From assembly GCA_012798435.1 (NCBI GenBank), contig JAAZNF010000003.1:2154-66153 (forward strand): a stretch of 64,000 nucleotides of DNA, written 5' to 3'. Below are positions 43,372-51,728 of the stretch, piece after piece. The first letter of the stretch is position 1. Every line of letters begins with the position of its first letter. This DNA is from Myxococcales bacterium. Lineage in GTDB: Bacteria > Myxococcota > B64-G9. Both the position numbers and the translations under genes were made by a program. Below the pieces are notes generated by a model, which saw only the letters and a program-made list of their open reading frames with translations, was not told the origin of the DNA and searched no databases.

Positions 43372-46300
43372 CTACAGGCTCTCCAGGTGCTCGATGGTCT
43401 TCGCGTGCGTGGGATCGGCCTGCAGGATGTCGCGGTACAGGATGCCGGCGCGCTTGAGGTCGCCGAACTCCTGCTCGTACAGCCGGGCCAGCCGGAAGCG
43501 CAGGTCCAGCGACTCGGCGCGGTCGCCCAGGGAATCCAGCAGCTTGATCTCGGCCACGATCACCTCGGCCAGCTCCTTGAGACGGGACTGCTGCTGGCAC
43601 AGGCGATCGATCATGCGCAGGGCGTTGATGTCGCGGGGCTGGAGCTGGGCGATCTCGCGGAAGGTCTGGATGGCTCCGCCCGGGTCCCCCAGCTTCTCCT
43701 CCTGGATCCCGGCGACCTCGTACAGCACCGCCGCCGCCTGCTCCAGGTTGGGGCTGAGCTTGGAGCGCTTGCGCAGCACATCGATCAGCGCATCGAACTG
43801 GTTCTGCTGGCGGTAGATAGCCTCCAGGGCCAGCAGCGAGGCGGAGTCCTTGGCGTCGAGCGCGGACACCGCTTGGAGGTGAACCAGCGCCTGCTCGGGG
43901 TTCTGCAGGCGCTCACCGTACAGCCCGGCCAGGCGCCGGTGCAGAATCAGCGCGATGTTCTTGTCCTCCAGGCCCTCCAGCCGGCCGGCGTAGAAGGCCG
44001 CCAACCCGTTCCAGTCGCCCAGGTCCTCGGCCAGGCGCTCCAGGCCCAGGCGCACCTTCTCGTCCGTGGGATCTTCGGAGAAGGCCCGCCCCAGGGCGGC
44101 GAAGGCCTGGTCCTTGCGTCCCAGGCGCCGGTCCCACAAGGTGGCCAGGCGCAGCAGGTGGCGCTTGCGCTCGGCGGCGTCCTCGCTGACGTCCGCCAGC
44201 ACGTCCAGCGCCTGCGCCAGGTGCGCGTGATCTCCGGTGGCCTCCAGGTGCTCGGCCATCAGGCGCGCGGCCAGCGGCCGCACCTCGCCGCTGTCGAACA
44301 TGGCGCACAGTTCCGCCAGCGCCTCGGGATGATTGGCCTGCCGCTTGAGCACCTCGCCCAGCGAGGCCACCGCAAGCTCCGGCTTCCCCAGATGGTAGCG
44401 CTGCAGCCGGGCCAGCCGCAGGAACAATGGCAGAAGCTCGCTCTCCGGCGAGCGCTCCAGCTCGAAACGTAGCACCTCGGCCAGCTCCTCGAAGCGGCCC
44501 TGGCGCTCCAGCAGCCGGTCCAAGAGCTTCACCACCGCCATGTCGTTGGGGTCCTCGGCCAGGATCTCCCGGTAGGCCTCGATGGCCCCGTCGTTGTGGC
44601 CCAGCCGCTCCTCCATCAGGCCGGCCACCTCCAGGTACAGGTCCTTGCGCTTCTCCGGGTTCTTCTCCAGCTCGGCCAGGTGGCGCAGCACTCCCACCAG
44701 TTCCTGGAAGGCGCCCCGCTCGCGGAACAGCCGCTCCAGCGCCCGCAGCGCCTCGAGGTCGTCGGGATCGGACGACAGCACCTGGCGCCAATGGGACACC
44801 GCCTCGTCCTTGGCTTGCAGGTGGGACTCGGTGAGCTGGGCCAGGCGCCGCGCCAGGATGGCCCCCGCGGCCGTACCCTGCGCAGAGGAAACGGCCTCCT
44901 CGTACACCCCGGCCAGCTCTTCGAAGGATCCGGTCTCCTGGGCCAGTCGCTCCAGGTCCGCCCGGATGCCTTCGTCGGCCACGTTCTCGCGGAAGGCCCG
45001 CACCGCCACGGCGAAGGCCATCGGCTTCTGTTTCAGCTCCGTCTCGTAGAGCTGCATGATCTGGCGGAACACCTGGAGGCGCTCCCGGCTCTCCCGCCGG
45101 GCGGCCAGGTGCACCTCCAGCACGGCCACCAGCTTCTTGTAGTCGCCGCTGGCCCGGTAGGAGGGCTCCAGCAGGCGGGCGGCCTCGCCCCGGGTGGGCT
45201 CGGCGCCGAGCAGCCGCTCCAGAAACTCCACCACCCGCGGCTCGCCGGGCAGGAGTTGGGCCGCCTCCTGCGCCGCCGCCACGGCCCCCGGGCCATCGTG
45301 CAGGTACTCGAATTGCACCATCCCCAGGCGAAGCAGCAGGTCCACCCGACCGGCCACGTCGGGAGCGGCCTCCCCTACCCCGCCCAGGAGATCGAGCTGG
45401 GCCTGCAGCGCCGCGGCCACTTCCGGCCAGCGCCCGCCCACCGCCAACAACTGTTCCAGGAGCTTGAGCGCTCGCCGATCGCCCGGGTCGAGGTCCAGGA
45501 TCTGGCGGTACACGTCCACCGCGGCGTCGAGATCCTGCACGCCCTCCGACAGGCAGGCCGCCATCTGGAACAAGAGGTCCTTGCGCCGGACCGGATCCTC
45601 GCTGAACTGGACCTGCCGACGGTACACCTCGACCAGGGCCTGGAAGTTGCCGTCCTCGCGGTACAACCGCTCCAGCGCCTCCAGCACCTCGGTGTCGTTC
45701 TCGCGGATCGAGAGGAGTTTCTCCCAGGACTGCCCCGCCTCGGCGCGCCGGTTGAGGTTCTGCTCCAGAATTCGCGCCATCTGCTTGCGCAGCTCGAACG
45801 AGAGATCGGTCCCCACCAGGCGGTCGGCGGCGTCCTGGAACACCTGCAGCAGCTCCTCGAAGAAGCCGTTCTCCACCGCCTGCCGCAGCAGCTCGCGCCG
45901 CACGCCCTCGTCCTGGGGAGACTCGCGGAAGGCTCGCGCGGTGACGTTGAAGGCCAGGGACTTCTCGCCGATCTTCTGCTCGTAGATCTCCCGCAGGCGC
46001 GCGTACAGCTCGAGCCGTTTTGCCGCGTCGGCGGTAGCCGTGAGGTGCAGCTCGAGGATGCCGGCCAATTTCCGCCACTCGGACGCCTGGCGGTAGACAC
46101 CCTCCAGCACCTCGGAGGCCGCCATGCGGGCCCGTTCGTCGCGCAGCAGCCCCTCCAGCGCGGCCACGGCCTCCGGGTGCGCGGGTTTCAGCTCCAGCAC
46201 GCGCGCGTTGATGGCCACCGCCTGGCGCGGATCGGAGAGCCGCTCGGCGTAGATGGCCGCCAGCCGGCTCAGGTAGTCGACCACCGCGGCGGCGTTCTTG

Positions 46301-49300
46301 GAGAGCTCGCACAAGCGGGGCAACAGGCGCGCGTCGTCTTCCCAGCGGCCGGTGGCCTGGAACAGCCGATCGAGCTGGCGCAGGGTGGCCAGGTCGTCGG
46401 GGTTCACCGCCAGCACCTGCTGGTAGGCCTGGATGGCGCCTTCCATGTCGGAGAGCTGCTCCTCGCGAATCTGGGCCACCTGGGTGAGCAGATCGCCGCG
46501 CTCCTCCGGGCGGGCGGCCAGCTCGGCCTGGCGGGCCAGCACCCAGGCCAGGTCCTGGAAGGCCTTGTACTCGCGGTAGTAAGCCTCCAGCGAGGCCAGG
46601 GCGGCGCCGTTCTTGGGATCGGCGTCGAGCAGGCGCCGCAGGCTGGTGGCGGCCAGATCGGGGCGGCGCAGCTTGTCCCGGTAGATGCGGGCCAGGTTCT
46701 GCAAGAAGAACACTACCCGGTCTGGGGGCAACTCGTGCGTCAGCGACTCCTCGATGGCCCCGGCCAGCTCCTCCGGCGCGCCGGCCTTGTCGGCCAACCG
46801 CTCCAGGTTGGCCAGCACGTCCTGCCGCCCGGGATCCGAGCGGAACGCCCGCCGCAGCGCGGAGATGGCCCGATCCAGCTGGCCCAGCTGGCGCTCGTAG
46901 ATCTCGGCCGAGCGCAGCCAGGTGCGCACGCGATCGGCGGCGTCCTCGAGGCTCTCGGCGCGGATCTCCAGCGCCGCCGCCAGCTTGGCCCACTCGTTCT
47001 TGTGCTCGTAGATGGGGATCAGGGTGGCGGCCGAGAGCGGAGCGCTGTCGGGGCGTCCCAGCAAGGCCTCCAACCCCTCGATGGCCCGGGGATCGTCGGG
47101 CCGCTCCGCCAGCACCTTCTGGTAGTCCGCCACCGCGTGGCGGCGCTCCTCCATGCGCTCGGCCCGGACCCGGCCCAGGCGCAACTCGAGCTCAGGAGCC
47201 TCGGCCGGCAACAGCCGGATCTCCTCCTCCAGCACCCGCGCCAGGTCGGGCCAGCGGCCCTCCTTCTCCAACAGCCCGTCCAGCCGCCGCAACACCTCGA
47301 CGTCGTCCGGCACGAGCTGTTGCAAACGCGTGAAACACTCGATGGCCGCCGCCCGGTCGTGCAGCTCGGCATCGGTGATGTCGCCCAGCTCCCGGAGTAG
47401 CGGGACCTGGGCCGCGGCGTCGGGGGTGCTCTCCAGGCGGCTTCGCAGCACCGCGGAGAGTTCGTCGAAGCGGCGCTCGGCCCGGAACACGTCGGAGAGC
47501 GCGGCCAGCGCGCCCTCATCACCCGGCACGCGATCGAGCACCCGTCGGTAGGCCGCCACCGCGTTGGCGCTGCGGTTGAGGCGCTCCCGGTAGAGCTGGC
47601 CGAGCATGCGATTGATGCGGACCTCGAAGTCGGCGTCCTTCACCTTCTGCAGCACGCTCTCCAGCGCGGCGGCCAGGGCCTCCTGCCGCCCGACGTCCTG
47701 CGCCAGGCGCAGCAGCGCCTCCAACAGCTCGGGCCGCTCGGGGGTCTCCATGAAGGCGCGGATGTAGGCGGAGAACGCCGCCTCCGGCTGCGCCAGCTCC
47801 TCCTCGTACACCTGGGCGATGCGTTGATACAGGCGCACCCGCTCCTCGGTGGAGCTGCTGCCCTCCAGGCGCACCTCCAGCATGTCGATGTGCCGGCGCC
47901 AGTCTCCGGCCAGGGCGTAGTACGGCTGCAGGATCTCGGCGATGCGCAGCGGGCTCACCCCGCGGCCTTGCAGGCGCTCCAGGATGCCTACCGTGGTGGG
48001 GGCCAGCTCGTTCTCCAGATGATCGCTGGAGAGCACCTCGTTGCAGAGCTGCAGGGCGCGCTCGGTGTCGCCCAAACGCTGCTCGTAGATGCCGGCCAGG
48101 CGCACCTTGACCCGTTGGATGGCGGCAGGGTCGGCCAGCAGCGACACCACTTTTTCAAGCGCCTTGGCTGCGTTTTCCCAGCGGCTCTCGCGTTCCTCCA
48201 GGTCGGCCAGGCGCAACCAGGCGTCCGCGTCCCGGGGATCGAGCTCCAGGATCTGACGGCAGGTCTCGGCGGCCCGCCCGAAGTCGGCCATGCGGTTCTG
48301 GAAGATGTCGGCAAGCTTGAACAACAGCTCCCGGCGCTTCTCCTTGCCGGTGACCAGCTCCAGCTGGCGCTGGTAGATGCCGACCAGCTCCACGCTGCCG
48401 CCGCTCTCCTTCTGCAGGCGCTCGAGCGCCTCGAGGGCGGAGAGGTTCTTGCCGTCCTCCGCCAGGATCTCCTGGTAGGCGCGGATGGCCTCCGGCGCGT
48501 TGTCCAGCCGGGTCTCGGCGATGGCCGCCAGCATCCCCAGCATCTCCAGGCGGTGTTTGCCCGAGAGCGCGCGGGCGTCCAGCACAGAGCGCATGGAGGA
48601 GGCCAGGTCATGGAAGCGGCCGGTCGTCTCGGCCAGAGACAGGGCCTCCTTGATGGTCTTCTTGCGGGAAGGGTCGACCTGCAGGGCCCGCAGTACCGTC
48701 TCGAAGGCCCGGCCGGGCTCCTTGCGCTCGTCCCGGTGCAGTTCGGTCAGGCGATCCAGTAGGCGCAGGGATTCCTTCTTCTCCTTGGCATGGGCCAGCT
48801 CGATCTCCAGGCACCGTGCCAGCGAATCCGGCTCGCCCTTCTTCTCGTAGATCTTGCCGAGGCTCTGGGCGGCGGCGAGGTTCTGGGGAGAGAGGCGCAG
48901 GATCTCCTCGTACAGCAAGGCGGCGGCCTGGGGATCCTTGAGCTGCTCCATGGTCACCCGGGCGATCTGGAACAAGAGATCGACGCGCTGGAGAGGATCG
49001 GTCTGGCGCTCCACCTGGCTCTTGAGCAGCTCGACCACCTCGGCCCAGCGGCCCTCCTCCTGGAAGGCCTCGATGAGGCAGCCCACCGCGGCGGGGTTGC
49101 CGGGCTCGAGCTGGAGCATGCGGCGGTAGGCCTCGATGGAGGTCTTGCGGTCCTGCAGGTGGACCACCGACAGCATGGCCAGGCGCTCCAGGATCTGAAT
49201 GGCCACGCGCCGGTCCTTGACCTTGCCGGCCATGTCGCTCAGGCGGTCGATGAGCTCCTTGGCCCGCTTGCGCTCGAGGTAGAAGCGCTCCATGAAGAGG

Positions 49301-50232
49301 AGCAGGCGCGGGTTGCCCGGCTGAAGCAGCACGCACTTGCCCAGGTTCTCCTCGATCTCGGCGTCGCTGCCGCCATGCAGGAAGGCCAGCTCGGCGATCT
49401 GGCGGTACAGGTGGACCGCGCGGGTCTTGTCGGGCGCCTCGATGGCCTCCACCCGCAGCGCCTTCACCCGGGCCTTCCAGTCGGAGCGGATGGCCTCGAG
49501 CTTGCGCAGCGCCTCCTCGGCCGGGGCGGGCTGGGGCAGCAGCGAGCGCGCCTTCTCCAGGACCTTCTTACAGGTTTCGGCAAACAGCGGCTCCTCCAGC
49601 AAGGCCTCGCCGAAGGCCAGGAAGGCCTTGGCCATGCCCTCGGCGTTCTCGGGGAAGGCAGCCGCCTCGCGCTCCAGAAGCTCGTGGGCGCGCTCGAACC
49701 ACCCCAGCTCGGTGTACAGCTCGCGCAGGGCCGCGTACACCTCCGGCTGGCGCTCGCTGGCGCGCAAGGCATGGCCGAAGGCCACCAGGGCCTTGTCCCG
49801 GCGCTTGAGGGTGTCGCGGTACAGCACCCCGAGCCGGGTGAAGAGCCGGGCGCGCTCCTCGGGCTCGGCGGCGAGCGCGGCCAGGCGTTCCAGCACCTCA
49901 GCCAGTTTCGGCCACTCGTTGCGGCGCGAGAAGATGTCGGCCAGGCCCTGCAAGGCAACGCGGTGATCCGACTGCGTGCGCAGGATGCCCTCGTAGCACA
50001 GGGTGGCCTTGGCCAGATCCCCCATCTTGTGGTGGTAGATGGCGGCGCACTTCTCGCGCACCGCGCGGGCCGCGTCCGCGTCCACCAGCACGCGCGCCCG
50101 GTCCTCGTAGAGGGTCACCAGGTCGCGCCAGCGATCCTTCCCCTGGAAGATCTCTTCCAGAGCGGTGAACGCCGGTATGTCGGTGGGGTTGGTCTTCAGG
50201 ATCCGCTGGTAGTTCCGGATTTGCTCTTCCAT
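43372..50232 (-). CDS. Giant tetratricopeptide-repeat protein (2286 aa); ends at a TAG that is in-frame with the downstream TPR ORF.
   Basis: Continuous TPR units through the whole ORF; ATG at 50232. Confidence 0.7.
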   Translation of the reverse strand: MEEQIRNYQRILKTNPTDIPAFTALEEIFQGKDRWRDLVTLYEDRARVLVDADAARAVREKCAAIYHHKMGDLAKATLCYEGILRTQSDHRVALQGLADIFSRRNEWPKLAEVLERLAALAAEPEERARLFTRLGVLYRDTLKRRDKALVAFGHALRASERQPEVYAALRELYTELGWFERAHELLEREAAAFPENAEGMAKAFLAFGEALLEEPLFAETCKKVLEKARSLLPQPAPAEEALRKLEAIRSDWKARVKALRVEAIEAPDKTRAVHLYRQIAELAFLHGGSDAEIEENLGKCVLLQPGNPRLLLFMERFYLERKRAKELIDRLSDMAGKVKDRRVAIQILERLAMLSVVHLQDRKTSIEAYRRMLQLEPGNPAAVGCLIEAFQEEGRWAEVVELLKSQVERQTDPLQRVDLLFQIARVTMEQLKDPQAAALLYEEILRLSPQNLAAAQSLGKIYEKKGEPDSLARCLEIELAHAKEKKESLRLLDRLTELHRDERKEPGRAFETVLRALQVDPSRKKTIKEALSLAETTGRFHDLASSMRSVLDARALSGKHRLEMLGMLAAIAETRLDNAPEAIRAYQEILAEDGKNLSALEALERLQKESGGSVELVGIYQRQLELVTGKEKRRELLFKLADIFQNRMADFGRAAETCRQILELDPRDADAWLRLADLEERESRWENAAKALEKVVSLLADPAAIQRVKVRLAGIYEQRLGDTERALQLCNEVLSSDHLENELAPTTVGILERLQGRGVSPLRIAEILQPYYALAGDWRRHIDMLEVRLEGSSSTEERVRLYQRIAQVYEEELAQPEAAFSAYIRAFMETPERPELLEALLRLAQDVGRQEALAAALESVLQKVKDADFEVRINRMLGQLYRERLNRSANAVAAYRRVLDRVPGDEGALAALSDVFRAERRFDELSAVLRSRLESTPDAAAQVPLLRELGDITDAELHDRAAAIECFTRLQQLVPDDVEVLRRLDGLLEKEGRWPDLARVLEEEIRLLPAEAPELELRLGRVRAERMEERRHAVADYQKVLAERPDDPRAIEGLEALLGRPDSAPLSAATLIPIYEHKNEWAKLAAALEIRAESLEDAADRVRTWLRSAEIYERQLGQLDRAISALRRAFRSDPGRQDVLANLERLADKAGAPEELAGAIEESLTHELPPDRVVFFLQNLARIYRDKLRRPDLAATSLRRLLDADPKNGAALASLEAYYREYKAFQDLAWVLARQAELAARPEERGDLLTQVAQIREEQLSDMEGAIQAYQQVLAVNPDDLATLRQLDRLFQATGRWEDDARLLPRLCELSKNAAAVVDYLSRLAAIYAERLSDPRQAVAINARVLELKPAHPEAVAALEGLLRDERARMAASEVLEGVYRQASEWRKLAGILELHLTATADAAKRLELYARLREIYEQKIGEKSLAFNVTARAFRESPQDEGVRRELLRQAVENGFFEELLQVFQDAADRLVGTDLSFELRKQMARILEQNLNRRAEAGQSWEKLLSIRENDTEVLEALERLYREDGNFQALVEVYRRQVQFSEDPVRRKDLLFQMAACLSEGVQDLDAAVDVYRQILDLDPGDRRALKLLEQLLAVGGRWPEVAAALQAQLDLLGGVGEAAPDVAGRVDLLLRLGMVQFEYLHDGPGAVAAAQEAAQLLPGEPRVVEFLERLLGAEPTRGEAARLLEPSYRASGDYKKLVAVLEVHLAARRESRERLQVFRQIMQLYETELKQKPMAFAVAVRAFRENVADEGIRADLERLAQETGSFEELAGVYEEAVSSAQGTAAGAILARRLAQLTESHLQAKDEAVSHWRQVLSSDPDDLEALRALERLFRERGAFQELVGVLRHLAELEKNPEKRKDLYLEVAGLMEERLGHNDGAIEAYREILAEDPNDMAVVKLLDRLLERQGRFEELAEVLRFELERSPESELLPLFLRLARLQRYHLGKPELAVASLGEVLKRQANHPEALAELCAMFDSGEVRPLAARLMAEHLEATGDHAHLAQALDVLADVSEDAAERKRHLLRLATLWDRRLGRKDQAFAALGRAFSEDPTDEKVRLGLERLAEDLGDWNGLAAFYAGRLEGLEDKNIALILHRRLAGLYGERLQNPEQALVHLQAVSALDAKDSASLLALEAIYRQQNQFDALIDVLRKRSKLSPNLEQAAAVLYEVAGIQEEKLGDPGGAIQTFREIAQLQPRDINALRMIDRLCQQQSRLKELAEVIVAEIKLLDSLGDRAESLDLRFRLARLYEQEFGDLKRAGILYRDILQADPTHAKTIEHLESL

Positions 50233-50428
50233 CGCGCCACACTCTCCCTGTGTCTCCCAGAACCCAGGCCCGCGCCCAAACGCCCTCGCGGCGCCAAGAA
50301 AACCGCGCGCGCGGCTCTGTCGCGAAGAGCCCCGCCGCGACTGATTCCACCCCGGTTGGCTTATATCTCAGCAGTTGCGGAAGATCAAAAAAAATTAGCG
50401 AGTCTGCCGGGATGCGGCCGTTTGCCGG

Positions 50429-51598
50429 TCACTGTGGGGCCAGCTTGTCCGCGTCGAACCGGTCCACCATCTCTTCCACGCGTTCGCGGTCCGCGCGGTG
50501 GACGTAGTTGATAAACGCCGGGATGGCGATAGCCGCTAAGATCCCCAGCGTGAAAGTGCTTCCCATGAGCGCCCGAGGGCCCACCTGGAGGCTGACCCGG
50601 CGCCCCTCGACCCTCACCTCGGACTGGCCCGCCGGTTCTCCCAGGAACTCCTCCATGGTGGCCAGGATGGCCTTGCGGTTTTCGAAGACAGACCTGAAAT
50701 CGGGCGGCATCTGAAGAATCTGACCGAAATCCAACCCGAGGCCAAAGAGAATGTAGGCCCGCCACAGGTTGCGGCCGCCGATGGCTAACTCCTTGAAGCC
50801 CTCGGCGAGCAACCGCAGGTTCTCGGCCACCCGCGCACTGCCGGCCTCGACGTCGAAGGCGAGCCCCGGCCCCAGGGTAAGCACGGCACGCTCTACCTCG
50901 GCCAGCCACCGCATGGGTGCGTCGGCCGGCAAGGTTTCCTTGAGCCACTTTGGCATCACAAAGGACAGCCGCAACAACATCTCCGGCGCCGGCGAGGTCA
51001 GCAGGCGCGGGTGGGTATCCAGCAGGCGCTTGGCCGCGTCTTTGTCGACAGACCCGGCGGGCCGCTCGGTGCTGGAAAGGACCAGGATCCCGTCCGCGGT
51101 GAGTTCCAGAAACGTCTCGTCCTCAAGCTGGAATGCTTCACGGCCCGGCTCGAGCCGTCTGGCAGCGGCAGGCAGGATTTTCCCGAGCGATCCTTTCGGA
51201 AACTTCCCGCGAACCGCGAGCGTGAAATCGGGTTCGGCGTCCGAGGAGAAGCGTATCGCCAGAGCGGCGCGCTCGAGATCGGCGAGCACGTCGATGCCGC
51301 TCTGCTCCTTGATCTGCGCGAGCCGCCCATCGAGCTCCGCGCGCGCCTGTTGGAAGGCCGCACGCAGCGGTGGGTTCTCGGCCACGGCCGGCGTCTTCTC
51401 GAAGCGATCGAGGAGCCCGCGGAAGGTCCGCCCCGCCTCGGCCAGGTCGGCGATGGCCAGCACGTCCGCCTGCGGTGGGAGGCGATCGAGCAGGGGCTGG
51501 AAGGCCTCCAGCGTCTCGGGCGGCGCGCCGCGCCGGGCGCAGGTGCAACAGAAGGCCAGCAGCCACCAGGGAAGGGACAGCCAGCACACGGTCCGCAT
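50429..51598 (-). CDS. Hypothetical secreted protein with C-terminal hydrophobic anchor.
   Basis: ATG at 51598 followed by signal peptide WLSLPWWLLAFCCTCA; C-terminal FTLGILAAIAIPAF. Confidence 0.45.
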   Translation of the reverse strand: MRTVCWLSLPWWLLAFCCTCARRGAPPETLEAFQPLLDRLPPQADVLAIADLAEAGRTFRGLLDRFEKTPAVAENPPLRAAFQQARAELDGRLAQIKEQSGIDVLADLERAALAIRFSSDAEPDFTLAVRGKFPKGSLGKILPAAARRLEPGREAFQLEDETFLELTADGILVLSSTERPAGSVDKDAAKRLLDTHPRLLTSPAPEMLLRLSFVMPKWLKETLPADAPMRWLAEVERAVLTLGPGLAFDVEAGSARVAENLRLLAEGFKELAIGGRNLWRAYILFGLGLDFGQILQMPPDFRSVFENRKAILATMEEFLGEPAGQSEVRVEGRRVSLQVGPRALMGSTFTLGILAAIAIPAFINYVHRADRERVEEMVDRFDADKLAPQ

Positions 51599-51667
51599 GT
51601 GACCTCCTCGGGCTCGCGCGTTCTCGGCGCCGCGCAAGGTACCACAGGCCGTCAGGCGTGTACACAC

Positions 51668-51712
51668 ACAAAAAAAACGGCCCCCTCCAGGCGGAGAGGG
51701 CCGTTTCTCTAC
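51668..51712 (-). terminator. Rho-independent terminator after CDS 51729..54143 (minus strand).
   Basis: minus-strand agagaaacggccctctccgcctggagggggccg hairpin followed by a run of eight T. Confidence 0.55.
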
Positions 51713-51728
51713 GGAATCAGCGCTCCGA

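Noticed and set aside
43372-43374. Reading the in-frame TAG between the giant TPR ORFs as pyrrolysine
   Set aside because: No pyl genes expected in Myxococcales and no PYLIS-like context; a sequencing error, nonsense mutation or simple gene boundary is far more likely
39553-50511. Long plus-strand ORFs (1639, 934, 573 aa) opposite the giant TPR genes
   Set aside because: Antisense of strongly supported TPR coding frames; translations are Leu/Gly/Ala/Arg-rich without repeats or motifs
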